A stretch of DNA of 10,955 nt from an uncultured Deinococcales bacterium (GTDB lineage: Bacteria; Deinococcota; Deinococci; Deinococcales; JAAFIG01). The stretch covers positions 6,298 to 17,252 of the forward strand of contig CAXTKV010000109.1 in NCBI GenBank assembly GCA_964244895.1, read 5' to 3'. The notes under the pieces are model-generated. The model had not been told where the DNA came from. It made no database searches and worked only from the letters and a program-made list of their open reading frames with translations. The stretch's first letter is position 1. The number at the start of each line of letters is the position of its first letter. Shown here in pieces: positions 6,525 to 10,955 of the stretch. The position numbers and the translations under genes were made by a program.

Positions 6525-8261
6525 ATGAAGGATGAGATTCGGCAACGACTCGACCTCCGAGAGATCGTCTCGGAGTACGTCGCGCTGAAACCGTCCGGGC
6601 CGAACAAGTGGAAGGGTTTAAGTCCGTTCAGCAAGGAAAAAACGCCCAGCTTCTACGTGAACGCCGCCAAGCAGGTCTACTACTGCTTTTCGACCAAACA
6701 GGGCGGCGATGTCTTCGATTTCATCATGAAGGTCGAGAACATCTCCTTCCGCGAGGCGATGGAAAAGCTCGCCCTGCGCGCGGGCGTGCAACTCGAGAGC
6801 TACAAGAGCGACGACAAACGCAAACGCGACCTGTATGAAGTCAACACGCTGGCGCTCGAGTTCTTCCGCAAGAATTTGCCGGGCTCCGAGGCGCTTTTCT
6901 ACCTCGAGCGGCGCGGCGTCAGCCCGGACATGATCGAAGCCTTCGGGCTGGGTTGGGCTCCGGCGGGCTACGACAACCTCCTGAAATTCGGCAAGGCCCG
7001 AAACATCTCTGAGCGCGAATTGCTCGAGGCCGGACTTCTGTCCGAATCCGCCGAGAACGGACGGATTTACGACCGCTTCCGCGCGCGCGTGATGTTCCCG
7101 ATCAAGGATTACCTGGGGCGCGTGATCGCCTTCGGCGGGCGCGTGCTGGACGACAGCAAACCCAAATACCTGAACAGCCCCGAAACCGAGGTCTTCAAGA
7201 AACACGACACGCTCTACGGCCTCGAGATGGCCCGCAAGCACATCCAGGAAACCGGCGACGCGGTCGTGGTCGAAGGTTACATGGACGTGATCGCCATGCA
7301 CCAGCACGGCTTTCACGGCGCGGTCGCCAGCCTGGGCACGGCGCTCACGCAGGATCACGCGCACCTGCTCTCGCGCCAGGGCGCGCGGCGGCTGGCGCTC
7401 CTGTTCGACAACGACCCGGCGGGGCAACGCGCCACGCTGGCCGGGCTGGATCAGGAAATCGGCAAGATGTTCCTGGTGCGCGCCGTGGTCGCACCGGGCG
7501 GCAAGGACGCCGCCGACATCCTGCTGGCGGGCGGGCGGGACGAACTGGCGGCGGCGCTGGCGGGCGGTTTGACTGAAGTTGAAGTGCGCCTGAACGCGGT
7601 GCTGGAAAAATTCGACGTGAATACCCTGGATGGCAAACGCGGCGCGCTCCAGGCGTTGCTGCCGCGCCTGCGCCCGCGCGATGTCTTCGATCCAGTCGCG
7701 CTCGATCTGCAACGCATGGTGATCGACCGGCTCGGCCTGGAACCCAAACGATTGGACGAACTGCTGAACGCCAGCAAACCCAACCCGCGATCCGGCACGT
7801 CCATAGACCGGATTCAGGTCTCGGGCCTGATGTCGCGCGGCGTGGGATCGGGTGATCGCGGCGAGATCCGGCTGGCGCAACTGCTGGTGCAGAACCCGTC
7901 GCTGACGGCCAAGCTGGACGGCGAGGCGCTGTTTGAAAATCCGTTGGTGATGGAGATCATCGCGGTCGCCCGCACCGCCACCACCAGCGACCAGATCTTA
8001 GAGCACTTCCGGGGTCGCCCGGAAGCCAGCATGCTCTTCGAGGGCCTGATGGACGGCCCCGAGGGTTCTCCCGGCCAAGACGAACTGGCCGTGGACGAGA
8101 TCAGTTCGCGCAAGCGCGAGGAATCCATGAAGCGCGAACTGGCCGCCACCAAAGCCAAACTCTCGAGCGTCACCAGCGACGAGCAGGTCGCGCTGTTGCG
8201 CCAGTGCAGCGAGTTGCAGCGCGGCATCGAGGCCGAACGCCGGTTGCGCCTGCGAAATTAG
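6525..8261 (+). CDS. dnaG: DNA primase
   Basis: 578 aa. N-terminal ZBD-like region (PF.KEKTPSF.V...YYCF...GGDVF), YDRFRARVMFPI, IAFGGR, PKYLNSPET, and Toprim motifs EGYMDV, ASLGTALT and FDNDPAG. Confidence 0.97.
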   Translation: MKDEIRQRLDLREIVSEYVALKPSGPNKWKGLSPFSKEKTPSFYVNAAKQVYYCFSTKQGGDVFDFIMKVENISFREAMEKLALRAGVQLESYKSDDKRKRDLYEVNTLALEFFRKNLPGSEALFYLERRGVSPDMIEAFGLGWAPAGYDNLLKFGKARNISERELLEAGLLSESAENGRIYDRFRARVMFPIKDYLGRVIAFGGRVLDDSKPKYLNSPETEVFKKHDTLYGLEMARKHIQETGDAVVVEGYMDVIAMHQHGFHGAVASLGTALTQDHAHLLSRQGARRLALLFDNDPAGQRATLAGLDQEIGKMFLVRAVVAPGGKDAADILLAGGRDELAAALAGGLTEVEVRLNAVLEKFDVNTLDGKRGALQALLPRLRPRDVFDPVALDLQRMVIDRLGLEPKRLDELLNASKPNPRSGTSIDRIQVSGLMSRGVGSGDRGEIRLAQLLVQNPSLTAKLDGEALFENPLVMEIIAVARTATTSDQILEHFRGRPEASMLFEGLMDGPEGSPGQDELAVDEISSRKREESMKRELAATKAKLSSVTSDEQVALLRQCSELQRGIEAERRLRLRN

Positions 8262-8316
8262 ACCGTCCCGGACGCGTTATTCTGAATCTAAAAAAGACCG
8301 TCCAGGACGGTGTTCT
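8261..8316 (+). repeat. Bipartite palindromic element, copy E (between convergent genes, overlapping both 3' ends)
   Basis: Half-site GACCGTCC-C-GGACGCG at 8261-8276 (centre 8269) begins in the dnaG stop codon. Full site GACCGTCC-A-GGACGGTGTTCT at 8296-8316 (centre 8304). Spacing 35. Confidence 0.9.
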
Positions 8317-9682
8317 CGAGCCAGGTGCGGGCACCCGAGCCGCCCAATCGCAGCAAGGTGGCGACGCACGCACCATCGAGCGGTTTGAGCGGGCCGTTCT
8401 GACTGGTCTTGTAGGCCGCCGTGCCGACGTAACCCGCCCCTTTCGGGCTTTTCGCGTCGAAGGTGCAGACCTGGATCGTGGCTGCACCCGCGATTTCCAG
8501 GGTGGCGCGGTTGGTTTTGGGATCGAAATAAAATGTGGCGTCCGCGCGGATCTTGCCGGTGGTGGCCGGGCCGGTCGGTCTAGCGTTGACCAGTCGCGTC
8601 AACGCCAGGTCGTAGCGGGTTTTGCCCAGGTCAACCATCCAGACCTGCCCGAGCGCGATGCGCGGCGGCCACGCAGCCAGGTTCGAGGACGCCGTACTCG
8701 AGGGTGAAGCTGGACTCGTTGGTGCAGCACTCGGGGGTGGGGTCGCAACGCTCGGGGTCGCCGCGGGCGCGGCGCTCGGGCCGCTCGAGAGCACCGCGTT
8801 GCAGGCCATGTTCGTCAACTCGAAGGCCGCGTTCGGATCGGCGCGCCGCACCACCGACCCGGTCATGACCGATCCAGCCAACGAACCCGCCGGGAACACG
8901 CAGGCCGTGATGGTCGTGCCGTCCGAGAGTTGCAGGATCGCGTTCCGCTCCTGCGGCGCGTAGTAAAAAAACGCGTCCAGGCTCGAGCCGCCACCGACCG
9001 GGGTGGCCGTGCCCGTCGGGTCGCCATCGGCGTCCGTGCCGTTCAATGCGACGTTCCACTCGCGCAATCCGGGAATCGTGACGCGCCACGTCTGACCGGA
9101 TTGCAACCGCACCCACGGCGAAACCGGAGGGGTGGTGTCGGGCGTCGGATTGAGGTTGATGCCCAGTTGCGCCAAAGGATCGAGGCTGGCGGCGCAAACG
9201 TTATCAATCGGTTTGAAACCCGCGTCGGATTTGGTGCGCGTGAAGGTCGCACCGAACATCGTTTCACCCTGAACGCTGCCCCGATCGAAGGTGCACAGCG
9301 TCGTGATTGACCCGTCCGTCAGCGCCAGGTACGCCTGATCGTCGGCGCGTTTGAAGTAAAAGAACGCCTGCTGATCCTTGATGTCCTTGGTTTGCGCGAC
9401 CGCCTTGCCGACCGGATCGCCGTCCGTATCGCGCCCGGTCAACTTCAATTCCCAGGTGCCGATGCCGTTGATCGTGATCACCCAGGTCTGGTTGAGCTCG
9501 AGCTTCGGTGGCCAGCCGATCGGCCCGGCGGGTGGCGCGGTCGGTGCTGGCGGTGTCTGCGCCAGGCCGACCGAGAAACTCAGAACTGCAATTGCCCCCA
9601 GTCGCGCGAGCGAAGACCGTCCTGCACGGCGTCTTCTGGATTCAGGCGAGCGGTCAGCGACGGTCTCAGCTCGATCAAACAT
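8288..9682 (-). CDS. Secreted hypothetical protein with three tandem ~108-aa beta-rich repeats
   Basis: 464 aa. Basic n-region plus hydrophobic segment ending GLA-Q. Repeats share Q.W, A.FY and two Cys, and are separated by Pro/Ala/Ser linkers. TAGGCT lies 7 nt upstream of the ATG. Confidence 0.85.
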   Translation of the reverse strand: MFDRAETVADRSPESRRRRAGRSSLARLGAIAVLSFSVGLAQTPPAPTAPPAGPIGWPPKLELNQTWVITINGIGTWELKLTGRDTDGDPVGKAVAQTKDIKDQQAFFYFKRADDQAYLALTDGSITTLCTFDRGSVQGETMFGATFTRTKSDAGFKPIDNVCAASLDPLAQLGINLNPTPDTTPPVSPWVRLQSGQTWRVTIPGLREWNVALNGTDADGDPTGTATPVGGGSSLDAFFYYAPQERNAILQLSDGTTITACVFPAGSLAGSVMTGSVVRRADPNAAFELTNMACNAVLSSGPSAAPAATPSVATPPPSAAPTSPASPSSTASSNLAAWPPRIALGQVWMVDLGKTRYDLALTRLVNARPTGPATTGKIRADATFYFDPKTNRATLEIAGAATIQVCTFDAKSPKGAGYVGTAAYKTSQNGPLKPLDGACVATLLRLGGSGARTWLENTVLDGLF

Positions 9683-9689
9683 GGGCTCG

Positions 9690-9695
9690 AGCCTA
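9690..9695 (-). promoter_or_regulatory. -10 element TAGGCT of leaderless promoter
   Basis: Minus strand reads TAGGCT-cgagccc-ATG(9682). Confidence 0.6.
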
Positions 9696-9860
9696 CCGCG
9701 CCCGATCTCGAGCGTCGTGAGTCAAATCTGGGTCATCGCCCCTCCTCGAGTCCCGATATTTTATCATTCCGAGGACAGAATTGCCGCGAGAACATCGAAT
9801 TGAAGCGCTTCGACCCGCTTTAAAGCAGGATCAGGCGGTGCCTATCTTCAAAAGAGAACC

Positions 9861-9889
9861 TTGCCCAACGGGTATGACTTTGTTATACT
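9861..9889 (+). promoter_or_regulatory. Sigma-70-type promoter of the TA operon with overlapping inverted-repeat operator
   Basis: TTGCCC (9861-9866), 17 bp, TATACT (9884-9889, with TG extended -10), then 6 nt to ATG 9896. GTATGAC-ttt-GTTATAC inverted repeat at 9872-9888. Confidence 0.8.
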
Positions 9890-9895
9890 TTTTCT

Positions 9896-10135
9896 ATGAA
9901 GACTGCGATTAGCATCCCCGACGAGACCTTCGAGGCCGCAGAACGCCTCGCCAAGCGCCAGGGTCGTTCGAGAAGCGAACTGTACGCCGCCGCCGTGCGG
10001 GAATATTTGAAACGCAACGGTCACGACGATCTGACGGCCCGCATTGACGCCGCCATAGAGGGTCAGGAGACCCGACCCGACGCGTTCTTCCAGGCGCTCT
10101 CGGCGCGAACCCTCGGTTCGGCAGAAGACTGGTGA
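9896..10135 (+). CDS. Ribbon-helix-helix (CopG/ChpI/MazE-like) antitoxin
   Basis: MKTAISIPD...AERLAKRQGRSRSELYAAAVREYL fits the RHH pattern. 79 aa, with a GTGA overlap with the toxin gene. Confidence 0.88.
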   Translation: MKTAISIPDETFEAAERLAKRQGRSRSELYAAAVREYLKRNGHDDLTARIDAAIEGQETRPDAFFQALSARTLGSAEDW

Positions 10136-10470
10136 GGCGCGGAGAGATCTGGTGGGCGGAATTACCCGATCCTTCCGGCTCCGGCCCCGGAGGTCGCAGA
10201 CCCGCACTGGTGATCTCGAGTGATGGGTACAACCGGAGCGGTATTCAGACGGTCGTGATCGCGGTCATGACCTCGAATACGAAGGCCGCGAACTTCCCCG
10301 GCAATGTCTGGGTCTCGGGCGAGGAGTCGGGCCTCTCGAGAGACAGCGTGGTCAACGTTACGCAACTGTTCACGCTCGATAAGCGCGACCTCAGCGAGCG
10401 CGTCGGTGAACTGGCGCTCGACAGCCTGGATTTGGTGGATCTCGGTCTGCGAACGGTATTAGAGCTGTAG
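10132..10470 (+). CDS. mazF: PemK/MazF-family endoribonuclease toxin
   Basis: MRRGEIWWAEL..P.GS.PG.RRPALVIS.D.YN, V.IAVMTSN and SGL.RDSVVNVTQLFTLDK. Confidence 0.93.
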   Translation: MRRGEIWWAELPDPSGSGPGGRRPALVISSDGYNRSGIQTVVIAVMTSNTKAANFPGNVWVSGEESGLSRDSVVNVTQLFTLDKRDLSERVGELALDSLDLVDLGLRTVLEL

Positions 10471-10531
10471 CGCCTGCGGTCAGGGTGACGCCTCAGCTTG
10501 TCGTCTGACCCACCCTTCCAATACCCTCAGT

Positions 10532-10954
10532 TCAGGCCTTCGCGTACCGTCCACCCGGCAGTTCGCGCACGATGCCCTGCAAGGACAGCATCATCAGCGC
10601 ACTCAGCACTTCTGAAGCGTTCAAACCGCTCGAGGCGACGATCTCGTCTAGAAGCGGCGTGCCGTCCAGCGCGGCGTAAACGCGGGCTTCGTGGCCTTCG
10701 AGGGTCGGTGCTTCGCGGGGCAATCGGTTTCCCGTAGCCCAGCCGAGTTCCTCGAGGATGTCCTGGGCGCTCTCGGTCAGCACGGCTCCGTCGCGGATCA
10801 GGCGGTGCGGGCCTCGGGCGTTCTCTTCACTGGGGCGTCCGGGCACGGCGAAGACCGTGCGTCCGGCTTCCAGGGCCGCGACCGCCGTGATCAACGAGCC
10901 GGATTTCAGGTCGCCCTCGACCACGACCACGCCGGATGACAAACCCGCGCTGAT
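10532..10954 (-). CDS. dprA: DNA-processing protein DprA, 3' part (runs off the window)
   Basis: The frame is open to the window edge. ISAGLSSGVVVVEG..KSGSLITA..ALE.GR.VFAVPG, G.H.LIRDGA.L...AQDILEEL, and a C-terminal winged helix (L.G.V.ELPGGRY). Confidence 0.95.
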   Translation of the reverse strand: MSAGLSSGVVVVEGDLKSGSLITAVAALEAGRTVFAVPGRPSEENARGPHRLIRDGAVLTESAQDILEELGWATGNRLPREAPTLEGHEARVYAALDGTPLLDEIVASSGLNASEVLSALMMLSLQGIVRELPGGRYAKA

Positions 10955-10955
10955 G

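Noticed and set aside
1337..8316. Palindromic repeats as a CRISPR array
   Set aside because: Copies are separated by whole genes rather than 30-40-nt spacers in a run, and no cas genes are present.
9802..9826. Short palindromes GAAGCGCTTC and GCTTTAAAGC upstream of the TA promoter
   Set aside because: They are 10 bp, unrelated to each other and not repeated, so there is too little to support a function.
10478..10510. Imperfect hairpin between mazF and dprA as a terminator
   Set aside because: The stem is bulged and G-U rich, with no U-tract on either strand.
10532..10942. 136-aa ORF as a complete gene or pseudogene
   Set aside because: The frame continues to the window edge, so it is the 3' part of dprA.

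Overview
GC-rich bacterial chromosomal window, probably Deinococcota (inferred from the DnaG sequence style and six leaderless TAnnnT-N6/7-start promoters). Genes in order: secreted Ig-like + GH114-like glycosidase (-), exported serine hydrolase (+), Cu/Zn-SOD-fold lipoprotein lacking most metal ligands (-), multi-TM histidine kinase and OmpR-family regulator (-), dnaG with a degenerate CHC2 zinc finger (+), secreted protein with three novel ~108-aa repeats (-), RHH/MazF toxin-antitoxin pair (+), and the 3' part of dprA (-). The main unexplained signal is a dispersed bipartite palindromic element: half-site ACACCGTCCNGGACGC, an AT-rich spacer, then full palindrome AGAACACCGTCCWGGACGGTGTTCT. 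It occurs at five gene boundaries, and its centre-to-centre spacing takes only the values 25-26 or 35-36 bp, one helical turn apart. CTCGAG is also about tenfold over-represented (about 40 sites by hand count).
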